A stretch of DNA of 31,779 nucleotides from Takakia lepidozioides (taxonomy: Eukaryota > Plantae > Bryophyta): positions 1 to 31,779 of the forward strand of contig JAKLZA010000322.1 in NCBI GenBank assembly GCA_030704615.1, in the 5' to 3' direction. Positions 11,611 through 23,501 of this stretch are shown in pieces. Position numbers and translations under genes: made by a program. The notes under the pieces are model-generated. The model was given only the letters and a program-made list of their open reading frames with translations, was not told the origin of the DNA and made no database searches. Position 1 is the first letter of the stretch. Each line of letters starts with the position of its first letter.

Positions 11611-12268
11611 CTTTCATGCATTTGTGTCTGAAGTCTAGTGAGATTGGACTTCCCTGTGAAACCAACAGCAGACAGCTGAGCAGCTACTGCTTTAATCCGA
11701 GTCTTGTATAGACGAGGCTAACAGGGATCAACCTTGAACAATCTACATTCATGCCTTACTAATAACGAACAACAACATACTGATAGACACAATAAGCTGC
11801 TATATCATGGTACAGGTGCTACAGGTTCTTGTAGACTTCTCCCAGCCGTATGGATTGACAACCCAATCTCTTTATCTATGGAAGCTCGTCGAGCGCTATC
11901 CTCCCTCTTTGGTCTCGACATTCCTGCTTCAGCTTGTTCCTTCTTAAAAGCCAAATGTTCGCAGTTTTCAAACTTGGCAGATCCTAAGAAAGTGTGTGGC
12001 ACCGTCTTGGTGACATTCGTCAAAGTCTCTTCCGTGTTTCCACCAGTGTTGTATATAGGGCGTCAGGCACTAACAATCTCCCTTGCCTCTCTGCATCTGT
12101 TTAGTGTTCTAAAATAGACTCACTGCCCTGGGTTTAACTTCAGTCTAGAGCCGAGGGTAGGTAGAGTTATTAGAGACAGAGAGAAGAGAGACTCTGACTT
12201 GAGTGGGTACTTGCTGTCAGTGCGACCCTCCATGCGTAACCCTCCCCGGCAAAGTACGTATTATGAGT

Positions 12269-12272
<4 letters not shown>

Positions 12273-12320
<48 letters not shown>
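12273..12320. repeat. (TC)24 microsatellite between the divergent PPR and PIS genes
   Basis: Perfect 48-bp dinucleotide run. Confidence 0.97.
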
Positions 12321-12323
<3 letters not shown>

Positions 12324-12614
12324 CTTTTTTAGTTCTTTTTCTCGTTTTCCGAGGGTTGGAGAGCACCTTCATGACCGGCACATGGTGAAATTTGTAGGGC
12401 GAGAGCCAATGCTGACAATTCTGCGACAATTTCAACAGGTTGGTCCTGTGGAGCTTGCTGGAAGGTTCAGGTGTCTTGATCTGAATTACACCTTCAGCTT
12501 TAGTCTCAATTCTGCAAGACTAGCACTCTGTGAAGACGCATGCGCTCATACCATTCAAGAATTTATACTCAGAAGTTCTGGATATCATTCATTTGCTCAT
12601 TCTGAGATTGAAAG

Positions 12615-15600
12615 ATGAAAGGCAAGGGAGGCCAGGGAGCGTCTCCAGGGCCACAAAGCAACTGGCCTATCTACCTTTACGTTCCTAACCTCATCGGTGT
12701 GCACCTTTGTCCTGATCCTGTACCCCTGCATTTAAGTGCGTCTCTATTGCTGAATCATAGTACTTTATTTTAGTCCGTGCCTAGAACATCCAATGTACCA
12801 GGGACTAAACTTTCTCTCTCTTGAATAATTGAGTCAGGAAGCTCTTGCTCACTACCTCTGCTGCTGCCCTGCCCATCCTCCATATGACAAGTACAAACAT
12901 ACTCTTGCTAGATTTGTGGATGGGACTTCTTGAACGAATTAGGTGTTTTAAAGCATTTTGTGTTGGATGCAGATATTGTCTTGTCATATTGTGTGAAGTA
13001 TAAAATATAAAGCATCTCGTGTGTGGGCATAGGATTGCACTGGGTTCTCTTGCATTGCTTGCAGTCTTCTGGAGTATGAAAGTCACTAGTAAACACTTTT
13101 CTTCTGAACTACCATGTGCAATGTCACAATCAAGGATTTGAGTAGTCCTTTGCTGAAGCAGGCCATAGATAAGTGTTTCTTGCCATGCTTGTGGATGTCA
13201 TTGAAAGGGAAGAAAGAGGCAAAAGTGGTCTGCATGGCTGCAATCAAATGATGGGACTCACATTTAGTACATCAAGACACTTTCAGAATGGACAAGCTCT
13301 GCTACAAACACCTTGGACAATTTTCCCAGCCATGGGGAGGGCGAGGTTGAATGGATGGGGTTTCTGGGGGCCAACAGGATATGCGAGGATTCTGGCAAAT
13401 GTCATAGCTTTTTCACTGGCTTTCACCAACAAGAACATGTTTGTAGCACTATATTTTATAAGGTAAGCTTTGACTTTTATGTATGTGAACAACACTGTAT
13501 CTGTCAAGTTAGCATGTGATACAAAAATCATCATTAGTACACCCAAGCTCCAGAATGGGCATAGTTGGTGTAGGCACTGAGCATCAGTTGGAAGTGCTCT
13601 TGACTGATTCTCGCATCATAGATTAAGGACACATATTAATGTAGAACAGAAGGCCCCCCTGTAGGGTGAGGCTGGAGGATCATGCAGAGCGCCTGTTTTC
13701 AGGGTTCATTGAAGGAGCAGCCTGGGCTTTGTAGACTTAAGGACCTGTGTCTGCAGCTTTCACTGAGGTTGTGCTGTACATGGGTCTCAAATAACAGCTT
13801 TCAGGTACTAGCCTCATGAGGGGGACAGAGGAGACTGTTTGGAAAAAAAATGAACAGGATTCATTTCTCTGCAAAACGGCCCTGTGGTTGATTGATATTT
13901 ACCACTGGTTTGATGGACTTCAGTGCCATCAGCTTTGGTTTAGTGAATCACTTTCTAATTTACCGGTTCTTTTGTTGTTATTTCACTTGTCTACAGCTTC
14001 ATTTGTGATGAACTAGATGGCCGCTTTGCACGTATGCTTAATCAGAGTAAGTGTGCTCTTTCCTATCTTCCCTTCCTTCTCTCCACCTATTGCTTTTGTC
14101 GTTGTGTGTATAAGAGGGAGAGAGGGAGAAAGACAGCCCGCTTGTAGTAGCCGCATGGCAATACATCCCACTCCTGCTTTGGTTGGAGTAGAAACGGGGA
14201 AAGACCGCGAGGGGGACGGAAAGACAGCAGAATGGCCCACTGTCATTGTGGAAGACTTGCTCGAGTAGTGCAACCTATATGTAAGGAATTTAGTTGTAGT
14301 CCTCCACAAGAAAAATGGTTATGTAGAGCTTCTCAAACTGTGCAAAACAGGTGTCTATCCAATGCTTGCAGGAATTTTCAATCAGATGGGTGCCCATTTT
14401 TCATATCTGAAAACATCTGTTATCCTCACTATTGCACCCATGTATTGGGCATCTAGATTCCCCTCTTTTGACCGTATTCAGCTCACAGTACAGAGATAGG
14501 CAAGACAATTTGATGCCCTCCCACAGATCAATATCTTCCTGCCAATGACAGCTTCAGTCACATTCTTGACACCACCGCAATGCACAGTGATTGGAATGTC
14601 AGCCCTGACATTTGCATGTGCTGTTGGAAGCCCCTTAGTAGCATGATCTGTGGGAGGGTTCCTGGGAAGGATATTAACAAGTGTCATTTGATTCCTCACA
14701 CTGAACTCTTTTGGTCTGCTGTATGGCTTGACCTCGCCATAGGTGCCTTTGGATCTGCTTACAACCAGGTTATCCAATAAGATGTTTTCTGCTTAATGAA
14801 GTTTCAAAGGGACCCCTCACCTTTTCTTGGGTTTATTTCATGTGATTTGTGGGGTGACAACAGCCTCGACATTGGGTGCTGTCTTGGACATGGTGACAGA
14901 CAGGTACTTTTCTCTCCTTTCACCTTCAGTTTGAAAGAAGTGCATGTCCTAGTGACAGCTCTTGGGGGTATTGTGGGTTATCTTCTGTTTGGACTTTGTT
15001 TGGGGGGCTGTGACGTAGGGCCCTGGAACGTTCGTAAATTGGGGTGCAATTATTTTTAAGGCACTTGAACATGCGTATGTATGTCATGGGAAGAACCCTG
15101 GAATTTTCTGAACTGGGATTGGGACAGCCACTTGGCCTCGTGAACACCTGGACGTATTCTTTGCACTAGCGATGAAGCTTCTACAATCATGCACCTTCAT
15201 CTCCAGTACAGCCACACACTTGACTGTCAAGGTGTAATATTTATTGCTAACAATGGCATCGTTCATACCAAGAATGGTCTTTTGCAGTTGGTTGTCTTTT
15301 ACATCTCTAATCTCTGTTTTCTCATGTATGCAGGGTTAGCACTGCTGGACTCCTTGTTCTCCTCACACATATGTATAAGTAGGCTTTTTCTCCTCTCAGT
15401 ATATGATATGATATGACATGATATTGATATTGATTTTAAGCCAACTGGGTGTAAAAATTCTTTCAATGTAGTATGAAGGGAGGAAAACTCCTTTGCTTTA
15501 GGGTGTTAGTAACTGCATTCCATTACTTTGACTGATTGCATCATGTGGAAGTGGAATGATAGGTCCTGGTTTGGGCTATTTCTTGGGCTGCTTGCCCTTG

Positions 15601-18600
15601 ACATCTCCAGCCACTGGGTACAAATGTACAGGTGTGTATCAAGTCACAGTGTCATTAAATGGTTTTGTCAACATTGTAGAAGTACCTGCTACCAATTAAC
15701 CAAGTCCTGTTTCTATCTTAGAGATATCTGTGTAGACATGGAATTGTTGTTCAAGTATGTGGTTCAATCAGAATTTAGTAGGCAGGGCGAACTAGGCTGT
15801 GCTGTTGTCACTTTTGTGATGACCATATCCTCTCTATGTCCTCTCTCCAAAAAGCATCCAGATTACATTTCACCAGATTTTAAGTGCAGTCTTTCTGGTC
15901 GACTGCCCTTACTCTCTCACCCCTCAAGGCCAGCCCCCAAGACGAGAAATGAGTTTGCAGGGCTTGATATGTAGCTGAGGGTGGTTCACACGTAAATGTC
16001 CTTGGAGATTTATGTTTTCATTACTAAACTGTGAGGGTTGGGGTGAGTACACAGCACATTTTTAGCAAGTAAGACAAGCCACAAGGAAATGGGAGACAGT
16101 AAGAGCACCCTGCTGCGTCTGTACTACCACCACCGCTTCTTCATGGGCTACTGCGCCATTGGTGCTGAAGTATTGACCCACTTCTCTATACAATTCTCAG
16201 ATTGTTTGCACAATTCTGAATTTGCCTAAATAATATCAATGAACTGACCTGCCTGATTCACAGGTTCATACCTCATACTGTGAGACAAAATTTTGTGGCC
16301 TTGACCCTAAAACTGTTCATCTGTCTCCTCCCTTTTGGCCCTCCTTTCCTTACATCCATTTGTTGCCGTTGCTGCTTGCAGTGTTTGTTTATGCCAAAAC
16401 AAGAGAATTGTTTCATTGATCATCTTATTCACAGACCTCAAGTTACATGAAATCAGCTTTACTCAAGACAGTAACCTTGCTAGCTGTCTACTATCTGACA
16501 GATGAACCTTGGGAGACAGAGAGAGACTTACCTTATTAGGTGTATGGTATATAGGTGATGTGTCACTTCAGCCATTCTGTCCCATGCCAGTTGTGTGGTC
16601 GCAGTATCTGTAACTACCTGTGAACTTTGAATGATTCCAGAATAATTTGAGCCTTCACTCTGCTATTTCGATTGAGATTCCATGTATATTATTTCGTACA
16701 CCAAATATAAAATCTATTTTTTGTTAGAATGAGTTGTGATTAACCTGCTGTATTTCTGTGGGGTCAACTTCCTAGTGGTATGTCTCCGGTCAGGCATTGA
16801 AAGGGTAGTATAGCATGGCTTGCTGCTTGTCACCAGGTACATGCCCCTGTAAAGTGGGCCTGTCACATGGTGACACATGTAATGGGTATTGCAGATAGTA
16901 AGCTGTATGGTGCATTTTGTGGGTCAGGTTATGTATCTGTTTTTGTACATCCTTGCATCAGATGGGCAAAATGAAAGCCCCCTTGAGGTACTCTTCGCAT
17001 CCTTCGTCTTCTGTCATCTTTTGGTGGAGGAGGATCCATGTTCCACACCAATCAATACTTGATTTCAGCTTTGATTTTGGTTCTCCTTCTCTAATCTGGA
17101 AGGCCGCCATCACTCCACGATCTGTATTGTATCAATAATGCAACATGGCATGTCAGGTTACACTAACCTGAAGTATGAGTATGGGACATATCTCCCCTCT
17201 TGCATGGAAAATCAATGGTCCTCATGCTCTTCCTACTGCATAGTGCTGAGATACCCTGCAAACTTAGCCAGTACCAGTTGCCATTGTTGTGAAAGCAGTT
17301 GCAGTCAACATGTGCTTATTGTATTGTAGTTAGAGAGATTCATTCAGGTACACTCATATATGGGGGGGAGTACTTGTCAGCCCAGGGTGAAACTATATGC
17401 ATTTGTAACATATATCAACATGACCGGTTTAGAGCTTTTCAGTTTGCTTTCAAGACTACATTTGGTGGGTGCATCTTTTGTGCAGGTGGTCATGCAGACG
17501 CCATATTATGTGGTGGTTCTCCTTGCTGCCTTACCAGGCTGTGCCATCAAGCAATTAGTCAATCTGGTTCAGGTACTTGTCTACCACGCATTGTAGAGAG
17601 ATGTATTTATTGGCTTGTAGGTCAGTTAGTGACTTGCTGTCACAGGTCTGTCTATTTATAGAAAAAGGTATTCACATTATCATAGTGTAAGTATCACAGC
17701 ATGTTCTCAGCTTTGCACTCTAGGACAGGCCTGTGTCTTTTTCCCCGTCCCGAGTCTTACACAAGTCCCTCCTAAAATACTCCCCAAGGACTCCCCCCCT
17801 TGCTCTAAGGATACCCTTTGGTATCCCTTGCTACCCAAAGGCCTAACACTTGGCCTTTGCCATTCTAACCTAGGCATACTAACCTAGTCTGTGACATTCT
17901 CTACCCCTTCAAGATTGGTCATTGAGCTCATCTTTCTCGAGTGATAAGGCAAGGGAAATGATACAAGTACACAAGCTCTCTCAAACTCACATACTTGCAC
18001 ATGAAAACATCACTCATATATTAAGTCAAGCCAAGTGCACCCCACGCCATGGGGAATCCACACTACGGCGCCATAGCTAGACACGGTGAGGCTCAACTCG
18101 AGAAAGATGAGCCCACCGCGATCTGCCGTGAAGATAACAATGTCAGGTGCCCAAACATTTATTGGCCCCTGGATTGACGGAGTCAAACTCGAAGAAAAAG
18201 CCACGCGGACAGAGGGAGACGGGGAAGTTGTCAAGTTATTTTACCACTAGTGTGAAGTTAGCTAAAAAATAGCTAGCTTTTATATATTGACATTTGGGAT
18301 TGACCCATGACAAAGTCTGGGTACTGCTTCTTGATTGCTTGCTCCGACTCCCAAGTAGCATCCGTAAGAGGAAGCCCATGCCAAGCAATCAAAACTTCCT
18401 TGATGAGCTGATGACGTAACCTGCGCTCTCTTCTATCCAAGATTCGCCACGGTCCATGCTCATCATTGTTAACCTCATGTAGAAGTGTGGTGCCTTCCAC
18501 TAAGTTATCCCCATTGTGCAAGTACTTCTTGAGCTTGCTAACATGAAAAACTGGATGTATCTTGCATAAAACTGGAATTTCTAGGTTGTATGCCACATCA

Positions 18601-21600
18601 TTAACTCGTTTCACAATTAGACAAGGTCCACAATATCTAGGGGATAACTTTTTGCAACTCTTCATTTTACTCTTCCCTTCCTTAAGGGTTGTGGCTGAGG
18701 GTGGGATCAAAAGAAACACTTCATCCCCTTCCTCAAACTCTCTATACGTGCTTTTCTTATCCGCATATGTTTTTGCCCTATCTAAGGCTTTTCGAATATT
18801 CAATCTTGCACTTGCTAGCTGTTCTTGCATCTGAGTAACAAACTCCGTTACACTTGGTACATCATTCTTTGAAATACCAACAGCAATTGGGCTGGCTAGT
18901 CTATATCCATACACTAGCTCAAATGGACTTACTCCTGTAGAAGAATGTTTCTTGTCATTGTAGGTGAACTCCAACAATGACAAATTCTTTTCCCATGTAG
19001 TCTGTTTCTCACCCACATAGGCTCTCAACATATCCTCTAACACTTGGTTGACCCGCTCAGTCTATCCATCACTTTTGTGGATGATCTCCACTGTCATGTT
19101 CAACTTGGTTTCCAGAATCTGGAAAACCCCTGTCCAAAAATGACTTGTAAATCTAGGATCTCTGTCCGACACCATGGAATGTAACTGAAAGATTTCTGAA
19201 TGAACAACTTTGCTACCTCAGGTGCTCCTACCATCTTCTTGGTAGGAATAAAATGTGCCATTTTAGACAATCTGTCCACCACAACCAGAACTGCATCTTT
19301 TCTCCGGAGGCAAGTCAGTAATAAAATCCATAGAAATGCTCACCCACCTACCTTGTGGAATTTCCAATGCGTGTGGATTTTCGCCGTTCTGCCTTAGTAA
19401 CTTGACATGTGAAACAATGTGTCACATACTCCAGAGTGCCCTGCACTAGGGCTATCATGTGATTCTCTAAGAACCTTCTTTCGAAGCTCTTGGAGATTAG
19501 GCACATAGATCTTTCCATTTCGTTTCAGCACCCTGCCTTCAATGGTATATGATGAATACGTCTGAACTTCTGCAGTGGCCTTTGACTGAACCAAACTCTC
19601 CTCTTGTGCATTAGTACTTTGGTTAACCTTGTGGCACACTGTATGGATATACTCATCCTTGTCCCTGGCTACTCTTATTTCATCAATTAGAGTGCTTTCT
19701 ATTATTGTAAAATTCATCTGATACATAATCCGAGATAGTGCATCAGCAACCACGTTCTACTTACCCTTCCTATATAGAATTTCCATGTGGAATTCTTGCA
19801 TCAACTCTGACCATCTAGCTTGACATCCCGAGAGATCAGGCTGGTTACACAAATAAGTAAGGGTCTTGTGATGTGTATAAACTGTGAATATTGCCCCATA
19901 CAGATAATGTCTCCACACCTTCAAATCATAGATTATAGCACATAGCTCTTGCTCATGTGTGGAATATCGTCGTGGATTAAGTTTCCTACTTTCAAAAGCG
20001 ATTGGCCTACCCTCTTGACTGAGAACAACACCAATTGCTATGCCACTTGCATCTATTTCCACTACAAAAGGCTTCTGAGGATCTACAATCGCTAGCACAG
20101 GTGCAGTAGCAACTGCATGCTTCAATAGATCAAAACTTTCCTGTTGTACTTCAGTCCAATCAAATAACCTATTGGCTTGTACAAATCAGTCATTGGGGCT
20201 GCTATCTTTGAGTAATTCTCAACATATGTCCGATAGAACCCAGCCAACCCCAAAAAAGACTTCAAAGGTGTTACCCCAAGGGGCCTAGGCCATTGGAGTA
20301 TAACCTCCACCTTCTTGGGATCCATATTTACTCCCATCACTGACACTATATGCCCAAGATACTCCACCTCTAGTTTGAATTGCTTATATTCGCATAAAGT
20401 TTAGCTTCCCGTAATGTAATCAAAACTTGATGAAGGTGACCAACATGATCCTCAATGGTTCTATTGTAGACAAGAATGTCATCTATAAAATCCACCACAA
20501 ACTTACCCATGAAAGGCCTCAAAATATCGCTCATGAGCATCATGAATGTCGTTGGAGCAATGGTTAACCCAAATGGCATAACTAAAAATCATGGTGACCA
20601 AATCTTGTCCTAAAGGCTGTTTTAAACACATCTTCTTCTCGTATCCTGATTTGGTGGTATCCACTCTTTAAGTCAATCTTACTGAAGATAGTGGCTCCCT
20701 GCAAGGCATCCATCAAATCACCGATACCCGGCATGGGGTAACGGTGTTTAATAGTAATCTTATTCAATCCTTGATAATCAATACACATCCTGTACGACCC
20801 ATCCTTAGGAACTAGAAGAACTGGAGCAGCAAACATGACCTAACCTCAGATAATCCTCTAACATACCTTCTACCACCTTTTCTTCTTTAAAACTGGTCCT
20901 ATAAGGAGGTCTACACACATGACTAGACCCTGAAAAGCCTATGCTCCACATTTCTTTTGGAGGTAATATACTTGGTAGCTCAGAACAGAACAAATCTGAA
21001 AATTCAGCTTGAATTGTATGCACCCAACTAGTTCATGCAATCGAAGTTTCTGAAGTTGTATCAGTATGCTCTTCTAACACCTCTTGCAAAAAGCATAGGT
21101 TTAGATACTTCAAACCTTTTTGGTGCACTCGCATGGCTGTGATTAATGGTGTATCCGGCAAATCTCTCTCCCCACGAAGCAGAATGGTCCTACCATTATG
21201 CTGAAACTGATACACCTGGGTGTTGAATCAATGATAGGCTTCTTTTGGGGCATGCCATGCTTTGCCTATCACCAAGTCATATCTGGCCAGCTTGGTAATT
21301 TAAGCTCAGGTTCTCATTTGATAGATCAACTGGAGACTAGGGCCCATATCTCAGTCCTTTCCCGTCAGCCATCTCTACAGTATATTGGTATTGAGAAGGT
21401 TCCATGGGAAGATTTAGCTTTTTAACCATCCGAGAACTAATCGCATTGTGTGTTGAACCAGTGTCAAACAAGACATTGACCTTCTCTCCAGCCACTTCTC
21501 CGATCATTTTGACAAGATGAGCATAATCAAATTGGTAGCCCTGACTTGCTTCCTGTGACAAAAAACAATCGGCAGCCCTTGCCACTGTCTTCTTCATGAT

Positions 21601-23501
21601 CACCAAACATGGCTTACGGAGACCACTCATAGCTTAAGGGGTGCATTTAGTGTTCAAACGAATGCTGACAAGTATTGAGAGCATACTTTGAAATTATCTT
21701 ATATCATCTCTCAAACCTTGCACAAAGAAGGTCACCTGAACCTGTTCATTAACAACTTCTCGAGGCAATTTCAAAGTATGCTCTCAATACTTGTCAGCAT
21801 ACGTTTGAACACTAAACGCACCCCTCAAGCTATGAGTGGTCTCCGTAAGCCATGTTTGGTGATCATGAAGAAGATAGTGGCAAGGGCTGCCGATCTTTTT
21901 TTGTCACAGGAAGCAAGTCAGGGCTACCAATTTGATTATGCTCATCTTGTCAAAATGATCGGACAAGTGGCTGGAGAGAAGGTCATTGTCTTATTTGACA
22001 CTGGTTCAACACATAATGTGATTAGTTCTCGGATGGTTAAAAAGCTGAATCTTCTCATGGAACACTAAACGCACCTTGTTTTAAGGCCCTCCAAGCCTGG
22101 ATGTTCCGACCCTCCTCATCTGGGGCTGATTGAATTCAGGTCTGATTCCTGGTGCCTCACCCCCTGGATTCTCTGGTTCTTCACCTCCTGGATCTTCCAT
22201 CCTACAGGGCTCCAACCTCCACTAACCTCGCTCTGATACCAAATGTCACAGGTCTGTCTATTTATAGAAAAGGGTATTCACATTATCATAGTGTAAGCAT
22301 GTTCTCAGCCTTGCACTGTAGGACAGGCCTGTGTCCTTTTCCCCCTCCTGAGTCTTACACTGGGTCCTCCTAAAATACTCCCCAAGGACTCCCCCCCTTG
22401 CTCTAAGGATACCCTTTGGTATTCCCTTGCTACCCAAAGGCCTAACACTTGGCCTTTGCCATTCTGACGGTTACTTTCTCTTGCTTAGCCATAAGTCCCT
22501 TCAGCTTCCGTTATGCTTTCTGTCTTCAGCCTTGCTTAGCCACTAACCTAGGCATACAAACCTAGTCTGTGACAATCCCATCCTTGGCTTGCCTATACAT
22601 AGGTAGGACCCATCCTTTAGCCTCGATATAGATGTTTTGACTGCAGAGGCAAATACATTTCAGGAGGAAAAGTTGGTCAGCACTCACATCTTCCTCCCTC
22701 CCGGGTTGATGACCTCTTCAACTGAGCCTTTCAGCTGCATTTCTGGGGAATGCAGCTCCCAGACAAATGCAAGAAGGGAGGACCAGCACATCTTCCCAGA
22801 ACAGTGATCATCAACCTCATCATGGTCGGCTTGGAGTCTTCATACGTGAGATTACCTCTTGATGCCTTCTATGACTCCCTTTAGACCTTCTTCACTATTT
22901 CCCAGTTGTCCAAGTATCTAGAAACGCCAGCACAGGGATGGTTATCCCCTATCTTTATACCAGAGCATTGGGGGCATCCACATTTTCAAAGAGATGGTTC
23001 CATACAATGTCAAATAGGATGGGCCAGGCATCCTGCACTTCGTATAATTATATTGGAAGTTAGTCGGACTGTGTGAAAGGAAAATGGGAACTTGTAGTTG
23101 ATGCCTTTCTGGTGACAAAGTAGCTCGATCATGAAAACACTTTGGATCTTTGTACAAGACATATGACCTTTGTGTTCTATGGGGATCTACACAGTGCAGT
23201 TCCTTGGCAATTGGAGGGGACCGTAATCAAACTTCGAATAGAGATTTTTGACGTGGATGCTGTATTTTAAGAATAGGCCATGCACAAACTTAGTACCAGG
23301 CTGCATGGAGTCAAGTTACAGGGATCTCGTTGGGTCTGGGAGAAGATGTTAGGAGCAGCCACAGTCTGTACTGACCATGCAGCCTAATGCCCTGCCAGAC
23401 CTAAGAATTGCATGGTTCTTGGACATTTGTGGCAGATTAAAACTGCAGCAGATGTGTGCATTTTCTACGACGTCCAACGGCAAAGCGGCAAGAGCCAATA
23501 G
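12615..23501 (+). CDS. PIS1: Phosphatidylinositol synthase (CDP-diacylglycerol--inositol 3-phosphatidyltransferase), 232 aa, 10 exons: 12615-12696, 13378-13462, 13997-14046, 14864-14903, 15334-15378, 15563-15631, 16055-16169, 16928-16987, 17486-17572, 23436-23501
   Basis: All introns are GT-AG and the exons sum to 699 nt in one open frame. The translation contains [14 protein letters not shown], the CDP-alcohol phosphotransferase motif [50 protein letters not shown] and [16 protein letters not shown], typical of plant PIS. Confidence 0.93.
17638..17896 (-). repeat. 3' LTR (259 bp)
   Basis: Direct repeat of 22244-22574 (~11 substitutions, one 8-bp indel, one ~79-bp indel) with 8-bp terminal inverted repeats. 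Confidence 0.93.
17897..17910 (-). other. Polypurine tract (PPT)
   Basis: ttctctaccccttc reads GAAGGGGTAGAGAA on the minus strand and abuts the 3' LTR. Confidence 0.85.
18273..19753 (-). pseudogene. Retrotransposon integrase with GPY/F motif and C-terminal chromodomain (disrupted)
   Basis: HDSPSAGH / CFTCQ zinc finger (split by a deletion and frameshift), [30 protein letters not shown], and chromodomain ILDRR...[17 protein letters not shown]. Confidence 0.88.
19757..20836 (-). pseudogene. Retrotransposon reverse transcriptase and RNase H (disrupted)
   Basis: [68 protein letters not shown] and WRHYL, spread over several frames with stops. Confidence 0.92.
21337..21630 (-). pseudogene. Retrotransposon aspartic protease (original copy)
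   Basis: [13 protein letters not shown]...VEMADG retropepsin motif, in element orientation upstream of RT. Confidence 0.85.
21399..22063. repeat. 297-bp inverted repeat (arms 21399-21695 and 21767-22063, 71-bp spacer)
   Basis: Manual alignment gives 13 mismatches and no gaps (~96% identity). The same protease peptide appears on both strands in the ORF track. Confidence 0.93.
22224..22241 (-). other. Primer-binding site complementary to tRNA-iMet
   Basis: The minus strand reads TGGTATCAGAGCGAGGTT, 2 nt inside the 5' LTR. Confidence 0.92.
22244..22574 (-). repeat. 5' LTR (331 bp)
   Basis: TG...CA-bounded direct repeat of 17638-17896, adjacent to the PBS. Confidence 0.93.

Larger units (their letters stand above)
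17638..22574 (-). mobile_element. Degenerate Ty3/gypsy chromovirus LTR retrotransposon in PIS intron 9, antisense to the host gene
   Basis: Two LTRs with TGTCACAG...CTGTGACA ends, a tRNA-iMet PBS and a PPT. Minus-strand domain order is PR (DTGS), RT (FIDDILVY), RH, INT, chromodomain. It carries many stops and frameshifts, and most of gag is missing. Confidence 0.95.

Noticed and set aside
21688-22068. Plus-strand protease ORF as an independent gene or second element
   Set aside because: It is the inverted duplicate arm, truncated, and has no LTR or RT of its own.
3248-23501. SARAF-like gene near PIS as a phosphoinositide/Ca2+ signalling cluster
   Set aside because: Adjacency alone is weak evidence in plant genomes, an unrelated PPR gene lies between them, and no synteny data are available.
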